Assembly (NCBI GenBank): GCA_964016885.1
Contig: OZ024745.1
Location: 117,738,001 to 117,802,000 of the forward strand
Direction: 5' to 3'
From: Eledone cirrhosa
Taxonomy: Eukaryota
DNA: 64,000 bases
Positions 40,540-54,337 of the stretch are shown here, piece after piece. The notes below the pieces were generated by a model. The model ran no database searches, was not told the origin of the DNA, and was given only the letters and a program-made list of their open reading frames with translations. The position numbers were made by a program, and so were the translations under genes. Position 1 is the first letter of the stretch; each line of letters starts with the position of its first letter.

Positions 40540-40971
40540 TATTGTTGAGCCCCTTGGAGTAAATGTGAAAGAGAAAGTCACAGGTTAAGTTGGCAGAAGG
40601 TTCCAGTGTCATAGCAGTAAGGCGTAGGCTACTTACCTCAAAAGTTCATTCGCACTCTCTCCACTAAGTTACTCTTTCTCTCTATCTCTCTCGGTGCAAT
40701 CCCTTGCGAATTTCTCGCGTAGGCCTGGTGTAGATTTGCACCCGATCCATCTGCTCGATGCACATGTCCACTTTGTACGGCTTTTGGAGGAAGGAGTGAC
40801 CAACAGTACGTTGTTTGGTATTATTACGAAAAGGTGTAGCAGAGAATCCCGCGTGAACTAACAGCTCGGGAGGAAGCTGCTTTCCTCGAAGATTCATTCG
40901 CCATTGTTCTTGTCAACGCTCCGTTTACTTGGTTTTTGTTGGTCGACAGTTATATGAATGGCGCCAAAGGG
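40540..40971 (-). mobile_element. Possible piggyBac-like 5' end with decayed first exon
   Basis: Minus strand TTAA|CCCTTTGGCGCC, then ATGGCGAATGAA and a GAG|GTAAGT donor near 40636. Confidence 0.35.
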
Positions 40972-41137
40972 TTAATGTTTATTGGCAAGAAGTTTTTTGA
41001 ATAATAAAAGACGGGTTAAAGCGACCTACAATGTATTTGTGTGTGTGTGTGTGTATATATATATATACACACACAGATACATATATATATATACAATGAT
41101 ATTAAATAGATGGAAACTATATTTATAAAACCATATT

Positions 41138-41200
41138 TATTTTATTATATATATTTCAAGGGTACCAAAAGACTTTGGTACGCTTTCTTCAGATAAAATA
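41138..41200 (-). ncRNA. Type I hammerhead ribozyme, intact, downstream of the Penelope ORF
   Basis: 8-bp stem I UAUUUUAU/AUAAAAUA; CUGAAGA; stem II AAG-c-GUACCAAA/UUUGGUAC-c-CUU; GAA-AUAUAUAU-A. Confidence 0.85.
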
Positions 41201-41400
41201 CAAAGTTTGTTTTATAAATAGAGACATACCCAGGAAAATCATACCTTATCAGTTGGATATTCTCTGGATAGTGGGAATGTATTAGGGATTTTTCAAACTT
41301 ATGGGTGAATATGCAAATGAATATGTAAATAATTGAAAAACAACCGTTTATTTAAACGACAATGGAGAGCGAGAAGAGAGAAGAGAAGAAGGACAGAATA

Positions 41401-41434
<34 letters not shown>

Positions 41435-42302
41435 AGAAGGGAAAAAGCGAAGATGAATAAAAAAACTCATATAACGTTAATTTGAGGGAAATATATTCGG
41501 ACAAATATCTATGTATATATGTAAATATATATCTTAATAATATGTGTATTTATATTAAAAGGATATTTTACGATTATTAGTTGTTTAAAATTTGTTTATA
41601 ATATAATATTTTTCATTCGTTTATAAGTAAATAAATAAATATATAAATAGATGGGTATATCATGTTATAGATAGTTGTTCTAATGAGTTATGAGGGATAT
41701 TGGTTTCGTATTTTATGTAAATAAATATGTATTTAAAATTGAGAATAATTTAAAATTAAATTAAATTAAATTAAATTAAATTAAATTAACTGAGTTAAGT
41801 AAGAATATTTATATTTATATGATTGAAAAGGGAAGATAAGGAAAAAACTCCGGTTTTATTTATTTATTTGTTAGTGTGAGACTATTTAGTCAAAATAAGT
41901 ATGGATGTTTAAGATACATTTAGCCAGAATCAGTTAGTGGTTATTAATCTATTGAAAAAATATTGAAAAAATATTAAAAAAAATTGAAAAAAATATTGAA
42001 AAGAATATTGAAAAAAAAAATCTCGAGAAAAATTTAGAAAAAACTTTTGAGAAAATTAAAAAAAAATCTTTTTAAAAAAATAATTTTTTAAGAGATAACT
42101 AATTATTAAAGAAATAAAAAATTAAAAAATTATTAAAATTAAAATTTAAAAAATTAGAATTATATACGTATATATTATATGAACATTTTTAAGAAGTGGA
42201 AGTACAACAAATGTTAGAGATATTATGATTTAGAGATATCAATATAGTAAAACCAAGTAGATGGGATTGTTATGGAGATTAATAGGAATATTATAAGTAT
42301 AA

Positions 42303-43661
42303 TTATAAGTTATATATAGTTCTGAATGTTGAATTCTGGCGATGTCTACAAGAATTAAATAAATTCGTTCTTAGATTAATTGAGTTTTTACAGTTAAGTA
42401 TATAAAAAATTTCCTCAATACACAATTTGCAGAATCTAGATAGAGCTGTGTTTCGGTACGCGGGTGCTTTTGAAACTGTTTCCCAAGCTAATGAATAGTC
42501 TATATTCTTGCATTTTAAGTTCCATATCAGGTTTGAAAGAGAAGTTGAAGATTTTTTATCAAATCTTCGGAAAGAAAAATTGTGGTTATTCCAGCGAATT
42601 TTAAATTCTGTAGAAGTTGCACCGACAGTGTTAAATATATTATCACTAGTTTTAACTGTGCATTTATAGACCACGTTTTTATCTAAACACTTATTTTGTA
42701 AAGGACAATTTGATTTAATTCTACAGTTACATTTTGCGGCGCTGTTGTTGCTCGGGACGGTACTATTAGGTTGGATATTGCTAGAATTATTACTGCTATT
42801 TTGGTTAAGGTTTAAATTTAAGTTTCTATTATTCATTCTATTTATATTTTGTGCTATGTTCATAGTAGTAGAGTAGGATAGTTTTATTGTATGTCTGTAA
42901 AAGATTGAGTGGTATCTGTGGGCTTTAGGAAAACATTTGTCTAGTGCTTTAAAGAATAGTTTTGCTAAAGGTGTTTTAACGCTTAATGCGAATGGGGGTG
43001 AATACCAAATAATATTTCTAGTTCTAGTTCTGTTAGTTTTAGAGTTTAAGTTAAATTTTTTATTATTATTACAATTAATAGTAGGGTGATTTGCCTTATT
43101 GTTGTCGATGTATTTAATCTTATTTATATACCCTGCTCTATTAAAAGCTCCATTATAATATTCAGCCTTATCATCAAAAATGTTTTTATTAGCGGAGATG
43201 CGTGAAATCCGTTGTTGGACACAATTGACAATAGTGTTCTTGATAGATCTAGGATGATTAGAGTTAAAACTTACATAGTTTAGATTCTCATTAATTTTAT
43301 GGAATGGATAGTAGAGCCCTGTGCTAAGGTTTAATGTTACGTCTAAAAAGTTAACGATTTTATAGTTATTCTCTATTTCTAATTTAAGGTTGTAGTTATT
43401 GATGAATTGTATTATGGATTTTCTTTTCCTATTAATTTCACAATTACTATGATTTTCAATTAAAAGCAGAATATCATCACAATATAAACCACCGGTCATC
43501 TCTGGTATTTTTCTATGCAGTGTATTATTAACAAATAAACCCACAAGATCCGTTATTTGCGCCAAGTCAGATGATCCCATGGTGATATCAAAATTATTTT
43601 TTCTATCGGCCCTTGTCCAGAGATGATTGTTGAATTCAATTAAAGTTTTCCGTGCAGTTAA

Positions 43662-43664
<3 letters not shown>
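42303..43664 (-). pseudogene. Penelope-like RT-GIY-YIG partial ORF (453 codons, no internal stop, no native start)
   Basis: FDITMGS, GGLYCDD, VNFLDV, SNHP, IIWYSPPF, CNCR...CPL...CL, VVY...TVG...KIRWNNH, CKLCIEE, CRH. Confidence 0.9.
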
Positions 43665-43754
<90 letters not shown>

Positions 43755-43784
43755 TGTATGTATGTGTGTGTGTGTGTATGTATG

Positions 43785-43819
<35 letters not shown>

Positions 43820-44516
43820 ATATGCATATGTGTGTGTGTATATGCATATATGTTTGTGTATATTTATATGTATATGTGTATATATAATAATAATAATATT
43901 ATTTATAGTTATATATACACTATATACAACTATAAACAGGAAAGGACAGTAATTCATTACTACCTTATTACCAGTAAGAATTGACAGAGAATCAAATGTT
44001 TGTGCGTGACAGCATTAATCCATCGCCCGTTTTAACATTTTCAACTGTTGCTTGGGTGTTTACAGCGTTTACTCTATTGTTAATATTCGGACAAGACTTC
44101 CTACCCTTCTCTCACCAGTTTTAGAGGTCCTGATTAAACAGCAAAAATACGTATTTCTTTAAGTCTTTTTACATTCTGATTTTAAATTCTGCCCGGGTCG
44201 GCATTGATTTTTTTCTCTCCTGGGCTTGATAAAGTAATCATCGATTAAAAACTGGGTCGATTTAATCGATTATACATACTAATGTAAGTTTTAGAACTTT
44301 TTAGATAGGGTGCGGAGTTTATTGCAGGTAGTCTTTCTAACTGAATTAATTTATTTCAACACGGTAAAGCTCACCAATGCCACCGTATCGCCACTGCACG
44401 TAGTGGTGAATTATAATAACTTCGAATATCTACGTACACTCTGGTCGAATGGGTTGTTAAGGAAGATTGTCTTGACTACAGACAAGGAAATGTCAGTGAC
44501 ATTTGTCTAGTATAGT

Positions 44517-44663
44517 CAGTGCCTGATTTACCATTGTGCTTAGGTGTGCTTAAGCACGGGGCCCCATTGGCCAGAGGGATCATCTTCCTGCTAACAACAT
44601 TTTTTACGATGAATGGGGCTTCACAACTAGCACAGGGCCTCATTTGTCTTAAATCCGGCACTC
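44517..44663. mobile_element. hAT-type MITE (147 bp)
   Basis: CAGTGCCTGATTTA...TAAATCCGGCACTC; flanks AGTATAGT and AGTATAAT (7/8); a partial right end recurs near 49685-49716. Confidence 0.8.
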
Positions 44664-45039
44664 AGTATAATGTTCATTGTGAAAGATTGTAGCCATGCTG
44701 TTGATTCCAGACATACCACTGTTAAAACCTATATCGTTACTTAGTTTAGTCGTACAGAGAACGATATTTCATTTAAAATTTACGATTTTTCATAAACAGC
44801 AAACATATCCCATTGTAAAGTAACAACAACATCCGCATTTGAAGAAACTACCTTATCTAACTTCTTTATACTTCCAGTTAAGTCTTACAGGTATTTATAT
44901 AATATAGACGGGTGTCGTAAGTTTGATGTAGGAAAGCGAAGACGGAAAAACTTCAAAGAACTCAATATAGCTATAGCGATGACCTAGACACCGACAAATC
45001 CCGTTTGTTTCCAATATTGTGAAATATATAAACGGTGCT

Positions 45040-45445
45040 GTATTAGCAGATTTGTAGAGCGTCGGATAAAATACCATTGCGGTATTTGTTCTGGCTCTTT
45101 ACATTTTAAGTTTGAATCTCGCCGAGATCATGTTTCCCTTTCATCAATATGCAAACCTGCCAACCTCTAAAAACACAAAAGGGGAGAACCATTAAAAAAA
45201 AGTGCCCTAAAACGGGGAGAAATGAGACAGAATAGGGAGATTTTACATAATGAAAGCTATACCCATTTCACAAGAGAAGACATCTCTTACTCACCCCAAA
45301 GTGGGTGGGAGATCTCCCCGTCGGACGGGGAGAGTTGGCAGGTATGTGTACGGGTCGATAAAATAAAGTAGCTGGCAAGTATTTGGGTTGGTTTAACTTT
45401 GTTTTCCCCCAAATTTTCAGACCATGTGCCTAAATTTGAAATGAA
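45040..45445 (+). mobile_element. tRNA-derived SINE split by a MITE
   Basis: Core breaks at CCTTTCATC (45145) and resumes at GGGTCGATAAAATAAAG (45352). Confidence 0.7.
45152..45346. mobile_element. MITE nested in a SINE
   Basis: Termini CAAACCTGCCAAC and GTTGGCAGGTATG. Confidence 0.75.
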
Positions 45446-46354
45446 TGTCGTGAAATATCTTAATGCGGTGTAAAGGTAAGATCGGTAGAGTAGCGAACAA
45501 AACGTATTGTGGCATTTATCAAGTTTTTTAAATTGTGAATTTAAATCACGACAATGTTGACTCATATACTGGTCGGAGTTTTGTGTTTGTGCCAGAAATC
45601 TTTATTGTGAAAGATATATAAACTATTTACTATAATTACAATTTAAAAAAAATATATAAATTTATCGTAAAATGTGATGCAAAAATTTTAAACTAAAAGT
45701 TTTTAATCATATTATTTTGCAATATATTTTGAACCTCACCATAAATTGATTATACACCCTGGGGCTATATATATTTTATGTATATCTAATACTTAACATT
45801 ATCCTGGAGGTGTATTATTTTTTGCCTCAATTCTTCCTTCCTTCTCTTTGAAGTTTATCGATAGTAAAAAGCTGATAACAATATTCAAATGTTATGCATA
45901 GTATATGTATGATGTATGAGGTCAAACACCTTTAGCTTCATACAATTCTATATAGATCACACATTGTTCTATTCCTTTGTATTCAACGATTTTGTTTCTT
46001 GTCAGATATCCACTTATTCTATCAACAAGGACTTCTGTTGTGTGTTTTCAACGGAAATCTGAAAAGCTAATAAACGCGTAACAAGATAAAAAACATTGAT
46101 AGCTCTCTACTTCTAATGTAAATTTTTAGATTAAAATAAATTGCGTCACTAAACATGCTGGGAACCACTATTAACAACAATTTTCGCGAAGGTCTTATTT
46201 ACTTAACATTAATGAAATACACAAAGCATTGGCATTACAAGAGCTGGTATTATCCAGTGCAGTAAAGTATAATGTCACTCAACTCCCTGTGTCTCCTCTC
46301 GTAGCAGACCATACAGAACCATTTAGTAATGTTTTCTCTACTAATGTTACTTTT

Positions 46355-46630
46355 TTCCAGTCTGTGGTGCTCGAGATGTTTGGTGAAGCTGGGCCGCTGA
46401 CAGCGAACTTGTTATCGCTGGCGGCTCACCTTACTGAGGTATCTGTTAATACCCGTGAGGGTGCCTGGTTATTACAGCATCTTAGCCTCGCCATCCAGCC
46501 TCACTGAGGTGTCAGGTGATGCCCGTGAGGGTGCAAGGTTGTTTCAGCGCTTTACCCTCACCATCACCCATGGCAATGCTTGTCTCAAAATTTTCCGTTG
46601 ACCCTTGTGATGTGATGTGCGGGCGATTGT
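46355..46630 (+). mobile_element. Old CRE-like 3' fragment with internal duplication
   Basis: VLEMFGEAGP, REGAWLLQHLSLAI, then repeated REGARLFQRFTLTITHGNA. Confidence 0.6.
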
Positions 46631-47289
46631 CCACTTGGTGGTGAATCGATGGTTCTTTTTGTTTATTTTTCTTTTTCTCTCGTTTTGATCATATATTTTT
46701 GTACGTTATTTTTGTAAGGTTCCTAGCAATAATTAATTTTATTTATTATATGTATATATATATTTGTATGTGTATATTTGTGTTTATATTTTCATTCTGT
46801 AAGAATTATAAAAACTTTGTAATGTTATACAACTGTGAATAATAAAAACGTTACATTAAAAATCGAAACCTCGGCATGGCACTAAATGCAGTAATTTATA
46901 CAGCCACATTAAATTTACACCTTCAGATTACACTATCATACACCCAGCTCCAATGTATATAGCTTAATGATTTAAATGAAACGTCGGTATGATAATATAA
47001 TTCGATGTAAAAAGATTTAACAACTACAATTATATTGCTTTTAACGTTGAACTTTATAGTTACATCAGATAAATGGATGCGGTGTGTAGTTTATATATGA
47101 CTTTTTATATGAAATCCCGGACAATATGGATGTAGAGACTTTAAGTTAACAGTTAAAATAACACCAATAACATATTGTTCCAATCATTACTATTGTATCC
47201 TTAATTAAATTAAACAATCAATACTAAAAACATAAAAATTAAATAGCTGCATGAAATAATATATATTATATTCCTTTGTTAAATTTCGA

Positions 47290-47347
47290 ATACCTGATGA
47301 TGTCACCGGATTCATACTGAACTCGGTCACTGAAATGATCATAGTAT
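47290..47347 (+). ncRNA. Minimal type I hammerhead, U-U variant, intact core
   Basis: AUAC/GUAU stem I; CUGAUGA; U...U then GU-c-ACCG/CGGU-c-AC; GAA-AUGAUCAU-A. Confidence 0.75.
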
Positions 47348-47531
47348 AATAAACCTTTTAAGGAATTACACCAGTCCAGCCTCCTGTTATTTTATAATAA
47401 TTAACTCCGTACTCGCACCACCAACACACAAACGAAGACGGGTGAGTTGCATTACGTCGAGTGCTCTCCCTAATATTACATCGAGGTTGACCATACGGAA
47501 TGACCAGTTCTATCCAGTGGTGAACCAACAA

Positions 47532-47563
<32 letters not shown>

Positions 47564-47982
47564 TGAATATATTCCTTTTTTCATCAGAGGCAGTGTGAGA
47601 ATGTCGAGAACTGCTAGATACCTTATCAAGTAGTTATGGCTAACACACACTGCATAGAACTATCTTATGACTTGGGCAACCCCGCTGAAGACATGTAATA
47701 GCCTGGTTACGTAAATATCTGCTGAGATTGCATCATTGTCTGAGCATTGTGGATGTAATATCTGCATTTGTAAAGTTATATTGCACAGAAACGATATCGT
47801 CCAGGAGTTGAGATATTTCCTTTTATTTCTACTAAAACACAGCCACCGCATCTACTGTTAACTAAACGTGTGAGCCCTGAGCAGTTCATTGCAGCTGCAT
47901 TACTGTAATTTGGCAGATTCAGTGAGTGAGCTAGACGTTGACCAGAGAACGTTGACTTAGTACCAGCGATCTTCGTTACTTT

Positions 47983-48019
<37 letters not shown>

Positions 48020-48130
48020 ATATTTAATAATATACTATATAAACAAACAGCATATTATTAAATATACAATACGTACATTCATATATACCTCGCTATTTCA
48101 GAGCTCCAACACAAATATCTACATGTTAAA

Positions 48131-48222
48131 ACATATCTGAGGAGTTTCCGATTCCAGAGTCAAGTTCAATCATTAATAGATCGTTCCTCGAGCTGATCGA
48201 CAGTGAAACATATGTAATATGT
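48131..48222 (+). ncRNA. Type I hammerhead motif, intact core, long imperfect stem II
   Basis: ACAUAU/AUAUGU stem I; CUGAGGA; GAA-ACAUAUGU-A. Confidence 0.7.
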
Positions 48223-48294
48223 AATTAAATATGTATATGATGCAACACTAATTCTTTGTTCCCTTATATATTAATACTAATGATACTCTGCTCC

Positions 48295-49610
48295 CCAGTG
48301 GGAGCATCTCTGAACCAATATCAGTTGAAAAGGGAATGAAGCAGGACATTCCGGCTCCAACTCTGTTTTCCTTATATTTTACGTTAGTGTTTCTCATGGT
48401 ATTCAGGAAAAATTATTTTCATGGAGTTTACATCAGGTATCGCACTTCAGTATGGTTGTTCAGCATCAGGCGCTTTGGTGAAAGCACAGAGGTATTAACA
48501 TCTATAATCCGAGAGTTTTTGTATGCAGATGACTGCGATCTTTTTGCACACTCTCAAAGTGACATGCATCACATTATGAACTCTTTTTCTGAAGCTTGCA
48601 GCGCTTTGGGCCTCACAGTAAGCTTGGAAAAGACTGTTGTGATGTACCAGCCAGCATCTGGAAAATGATACACTACATCAGGTGTGTACGTGTACGCAAA
48701 GAGGGTAAAAGTTGCTGACAAGTTTGTTTACCTTGGTAGTACGCTGAACAACTCGTGCACACTGGATGATGAAATATCCTTAAGAATCAAGAAAGCCAGT
48801 GATGCATTTGGACGGCTGCATAAATGTTTATGGTCCAGACGAGGTATCACCATTGAAACTAGAATATCTGACTTGTGTCGTCTCCTATTTGCTTTATGCT
48901 TGTGAAACGTGGATCACAGAAAGCACTTCAAGGAACTGGAGAGGTTTCACCAACAATCTCTTCGTAAGACATTTGGGGTGCGATGGAAAATGTTCGTCAG
49001 TGATTTGGAAGTTCTCGAAAGGAGCAGGTGCATGGCTATAGAGAGCATGATCTTTCGGCATCGGTTGAGGTGGTGCGGTCACGTGGTCCGGATGTCTGAT
49101 GATCGTTTTTCAAAGCAACTTCTCTACGGTGAACTGTGCGAAGGAAGGCAACCACCACACAAACCAAAAAAATGCGGTACCGGGACTGTGTCAGGGGTAC
49201 CTTGGGTTGCGCTGGAATTTCATCTGACGAATGAGAGAAAATGGCAGAGGAGCGTATGAAGTGGAGATATTTGATCAAGTCAGGTAGTGAACACTTTGAA
49301 ACTCGTCGGAGAGAATACCTAACACTGAAAAGGAAGGCAAGGAAAAGAGACTGTTCTGAACTGCCTGCTGTTGAACATCATCTGGTTTGCCAGCCCTGTG
49401 GTCGAGTCTGCCTGAGTAAAGCTGGTTTGATTAGACACGAACAAAGTCATATCAGTAGACTTCATGTAGATTATGACCTGAAAAGGTGTAAGGAATGTGG
49501 CAAGGAGTGTGCTAGCATGGGAGGTCTTAAAAAGCACACGAGAACACAGCCAGAACAAAGCAATGGAAGATCCCGGAGGAGCCTACAGTTGTCATGTGTG
49601 TACCAGAGGG
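48295..49610 (+). mobile_element. 5'-truncated RTE LINE with C-terminal C2H2 fingers
   Basis: APTLF, FLYADD, FVYLGS, AFGRL, LRWCGHVVRM, LLYGEL, CQPCGRVC...H...H, CKECGK. Confidence 0.92.
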
Positions 49611-49811
49611 TTAAGTCTTTCTTCCTGCCAAAAGTTGTTTACTTCCTTCAGGGCCCAAGTAAGGGACCTTGTAACTTAACTAACATAGGACCTCATTTGT
49701 CCTAATTCCGGCACTGTCTCGACGTGTGTAAATGTAGATACCACAGAGTAAACCTCGTGACTAGTTTACATATTCTTACATATCCGTTAATGTCATTTTT
49801 GACCTTATGAA

Positions 49812-49962
49812 CTCTATGCTTTGCAGCATAGAGTTACGGCGCTTGATGGTCTGAGTTCAAACCCACCAAGGTTAACTTTGCCTGTCATCCTTACGGAGTC
49901 GATAAAATAAAGTACCAGTAATGCACTGGGGTAGTTACTGGCTTTGTGCCAAAAGTAGAAAC
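49812..49962 (+). mobile_element. tRNA-derived SINE, 5'-truncated
   Basis: B box, core and short tail. Confidence 0.8.
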
Positions 49963-50396
49963 ATAAGCGAATGTCTTAGTAACTGATTTTAAGTTATAAT
50001 GTGGATGCAGTATTTACAGATTTCTCATTAGTTTGTCATTCTGTTTAAATCTTATATCTAATGTTATATTAACATCTGTCAGTTTGTTGGCCAGTTGATG
50101 GAGAAATCTGTTGTCTAGCTGATGTTAACATAATGGACATTTTTTTTATTTTATGTTCACAGAACATTATGTTTGGTCATTGTGCTTACAGAGATTATAA
50201 ATTCTTCTTAGAATTCTAACCATACATTAACAAAGTGACAAATTTTCTTTTTAGAATCAAGACATTTCCAGGTGTTTGTGAATATGTGAGAGCATGATTG
50301 CATATGTGTATGGGTATTTTGTAGGTACTTGTGAATGCGTGAATGTACGGTACTCATGTATTGGGTATATATATATGTCTACATATAGACTGGAAT

Positions 50397-50434
<38 letters not shown>

Positions 50435-50776
50435 AAATGTGTGAGATCCTTAGTACAGTTAGGTATATTTTAAAAAAAGTAAAAGAATGACTTCACTTGT
50501 AGTGTTAAATAATTTGATTTCATTTTATAATATTATAATATTATGAGTTGGTAGATATAGTAAGTTCTTTGTTAACTTCGGTGGGAAGAATTTTAAAGAT
50601 TCCTGGTTAACATTTCTTGGAGAACTTTCTCGCATTCATCTGTCTGTGGCGATTGTCAAACTGAGATCAGGTTGTGTTGAGATGTGTGACTATATATAAG
50701 AGATATTTGGATGTGTCTGAGATGTGGGGTGTGGTGTTAATGAGTGTTGATGATGATGAAGATTTGGAGGAATTAA

Positions 50777-50861
<85 letters not shown>

Positions 50862-50943
50862 GCACTCAGAAAATGGTGAGGTTGCAAGATAAGGGTGTTT
50901 GAGAGGGTGGTTGTAAACATCTCCTCCTGCTAGTTTTATTTCA

Positions 50944-53149
50944 TTAGCTGATCTTTTTTTCCACATCATCCATTATCTTTTTCAGATATCCTTTGAATAC
51001 TCTTGCCACAATATCAGGACGGTCCTTTGGCTGTTGTCCTGGCAAAAGTGTATCCTTAATATTAATCCATTCAGGATTGCATGTAACCGTTATAAACAAA
51101 TCTGGCTTTCCAAACTTTCTGACAATAGCCATTGCATCCTGATAGCGAATGTTCATATATCTCGGGCCGCCGATGAACGACGATGGAAAAATGATGCGTC
51201 GACCAATTTGCTTGTAATTGGCATCATCGGCTGTTATCGCTTCCTGTATATTATTATACAATTCAGTTCTGATATGTTGCTGATGTGTAGCTATATAATT
51301 TAGCCTTTGATTTTCGATCTTTGCGAATGCCATACAACAGTATTCCTGGAACAATCTGCTGGCTTGAAATAGCGCATTTCTCTGTTGATTCCTCTCGTTC
51401 AAATGGAACGCGTAAAAGTCGCGAAATGAAGTATTGTGTCTATTGCCGCCTCCCTGTCGATGCTGATTCTCATGATCATCTAAATGAACAGACATGTTCC
51501 ATCCATTTTCACCTTTTGGGAATAAAAGAACATAATGCATTGGATCGTATGCCCTATTTGACTCATTGATAGTTTTGAGACCACCATCTCTGCGATTGAG
51601 GACGATATCTCTCGATCCAGGCTTATCATCTATCAACACAGCAACTTCACGAAATCCTTCAGGGGCATTATATCGCCGTTCGTGTTGATTCCTTGGCACT
51701 GCGTCAGCCTTAATCACCAATGTTTGCTGCTGAACATTTTGCAGTTCAGCCACCAACATTAAATCCATAACATAAGGATTACACTGTCTAAGCCATGATT
51801 GCAAATCACGGATCAAATCACTTAACCTTTGCCGTTCAAGTTCAGTTAGATTTTCCGGCAACTTCATCCAACCGATCCTGATATCCTCCTCCGATTCAAT
51901 ATAATCTGGATCGTTAACGTAAATTTGAGCGAATCAAGGCCTCTCTCCTGGGGTAACTTCTAAATTACCGATACAATGATACAAACGGCCTTGAATGACT
52001 ACATTCGGTTGCCATGCTCCACTCTCAAACATCTCACTAACTCTCTGCGATGCAAAAGCTAATATTTGCGCAGTAATCTACCTCGGTCTCCTTGATCACC
52101 CCACATACTTAGTATTTTAAACTCCGCTGACTCCTCATCATCCGGCATTCGCAAGGGTTCTAGTTAAACTGCTCCTTTATGACAGCACATTGTGGTCCAC
52201 GTCTTTTCGTGCCTCCAAAGCAATGCTCCACAATGTGGACACTCTGTTCGTCCACCAATCTGAAAATGACATGGTTGCCATGATCCATTTTTAATATCAT
52301 TCGTTCGCCTTCTAGCCTCTTTACTGGAATGAGGAGCACTTTGGCGACACATTCTCTGAACTTCTGTATTGCGCTGGCGCTGTTCAGCCAGCTCCTCTTC
52401 ATCCATCGCAGCACGCCCTTGCTGCTGAATTCTGGCCATCTACTGATGATGCTCAGCCAGTTCGTCTTCAACCATCGAAGCACGCCGTCGCTGCTTGGCT
52501 CCAGTGTTTCGTTGGCGTTGTTCAGCCAGCTCCTCTTCATTCATGGCGGCACGTCTTCGCCTCTGAAGTTCGGCGTTCCGATGGCGCTGTTCGGCCCGCT
52601 TTTCTTCATTGCTGGCTGCACGCTGTAGTTCACTGTTTGAAAAAGTCGAATTGCTTTTATTATCAGTATTCATTTCGAGCAATTGTCAAAAGATGACACA
52701 ATAATAAATATAAAAGATGTCCGTAAATGTAAAGAAAGGTTTATATTTACTCCTTTCACAACTCTGTGTATGTTAGACTGACAGACAGGCACACAGACAG
52801 ATAAACTGCGTGGCGATTGTGGAACGCCACACACTTACACGCACGGAAACGCGCACACGCACGCAAACTTGCACACACTCACACATGTTGATAGTTTTTA
52901 CTTTCTGTGGAACGCTGCACGCACACACACATAAACATACGCGCAAGTACATACACACGCACACATGTTAATAGTTATTGAACACAGCGTTCACACTCTC
53001 CCCTCTCATTTCCTCATTGGTATTATGCATATTAATTTCAGTTTGGCGTCGTTGAGGTGGGCGGAGTCACTTGAAACCTATGAACCAATGAAAATCGAGA
53101 ATTATGACACACGGAATAATGACGTTCTTGAAATTAATAAATAGATAGA
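50944..53149 (-). mobile_element. Helitron 5' portion: RepHel N-terminus and 5' TC end
   Basis: A|TC start near 53149; 23-aa repeats RAAMxEEELAEQRQRN; CPHCGA...CC; AQIYV; NPY; YDPMHYVLLFPKGE; RLFQEY; GGPRYM; GKPDLFITVTCNPEW; DRPDIVARVF. Confidence 0.93.
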
Positions 53150-53217
53150 TACATAGATACACACACACACATATATATACATATATATATATGTATCTAT
53201 GTATCTATGTATGTATG

Positions 53218-53354
<137 letters not shown>

Positions 53355-53469
53355 CGTTAATGCTGTACTAAAATTTATATATATATATATATATACACAC
53401 ACTACCAATATATATGCACAATCAATATATATATATATATATATACACTCTACCAATATATATACACAA

Positions 53470-53535
<66 letters not shown>

Positions 53536-53716
53536 TGTGTATCTAGAGATAGAGATAGAGACAGTTATACAAAGAGGAAAGAAATATTCAGACACATATA
53601 TTTGTTCAATTGAAACTAATATTCGATCAGTGCTATCAGAATGAAGATGAACAAATATATAAAGTATAAGGAAGCTAAGCGACAGGTAAGTAGTCCCCAT
53701 TTTATCTTCTACATTA

Positions 53717-53894
53717 CCGTATTTCCCGGCGCCGAAGACGCTTCGTCCTCGAGGACGCACCCTGATTTTAACAAAGAAAATAAAAAAACAAATAAATAAA
53801 TAAAATAAAATAACCTTCGGCCTCTAGGACGCATGGAAGATTTTTTAGACTTATTTTAGGAAAAAAGTAGCGTCTTCGACGCCGGGAAATACGG
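53717..53894. mobile_element. pogo/Tc2-like MITE (178 bp) with TA duplication
   Basis: 25-bp termini CCGTATTTCCCGGCG(C/T)CGAAGACGC; TA at 53715-53716 and 53895-53896. Confidence 0.9.
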
Positions 53895-53999
53895 TATGTT
53901 GAGTCAGTGGTTAAAAATACTTAATTCTGCAATGGTCTAGTCTACCAAGTTGTAAATATAAGATACAATATACATATTCACGAGGAACGGTAACGAATT

Positions 54000-54337
54000 G
54001 GCCGATTGGCAGAATCGTTAGAATGCTTTGCAGTATCATTCCGGCTCTCTGCTATCGGAGTTCAAATCCTGTCGAGGTCAACTTTGCCTTTCATCCTTTC
54101 GAGGTCGATAAAAAAGTACCAGGTTTGAACACAGCTGATTTCTTCCAGAGAAGGAAAAAAGAGATATGGAAGAAGACTCGACCTCAGTACTTCACTGGTA
54201 CTTTTTTTCATCGACCTCGAAAAAATGAAAAGCAAAGTTGACATTGGCAGGATTTGAACTCGGAGCGCCATGAGCCGGAACGAACACCCCCACAGCATTC
54301 TAGTCGATGTTCTAACAAGAGTGTCGATTCACCGCCT
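54000..54337. mobile_element. Tail-to-tail pair of SINE fragments
   Basis: Plus copy 54000-54122 joins a minus copy 54123-54337. Confidence 0.8.

Larger units (their letters stand above)
41100..43664 (-). mobile_element. 5'-truncated Penelope-like retroelement
   Basis: RT plus GIY-YIG frame, about 1.1-kb AT-rich 3' region and a terminal hammerhead; bounded by microsatellites. Confidence 0.9.

Noticed and set aside
42303-43664. Selenocysteine recoding, reported for some Naiad-type elements
   Set aside because: No in-frame TGA in this ORF or in the cysteine cluster of the 56635 fragment.
49241-49705. Host C2H2 zinc-finger gene (also 27593-27901)
   Set aside because: Contiguous with RTE LINE sequence; these are the element's C-terminal fingers.
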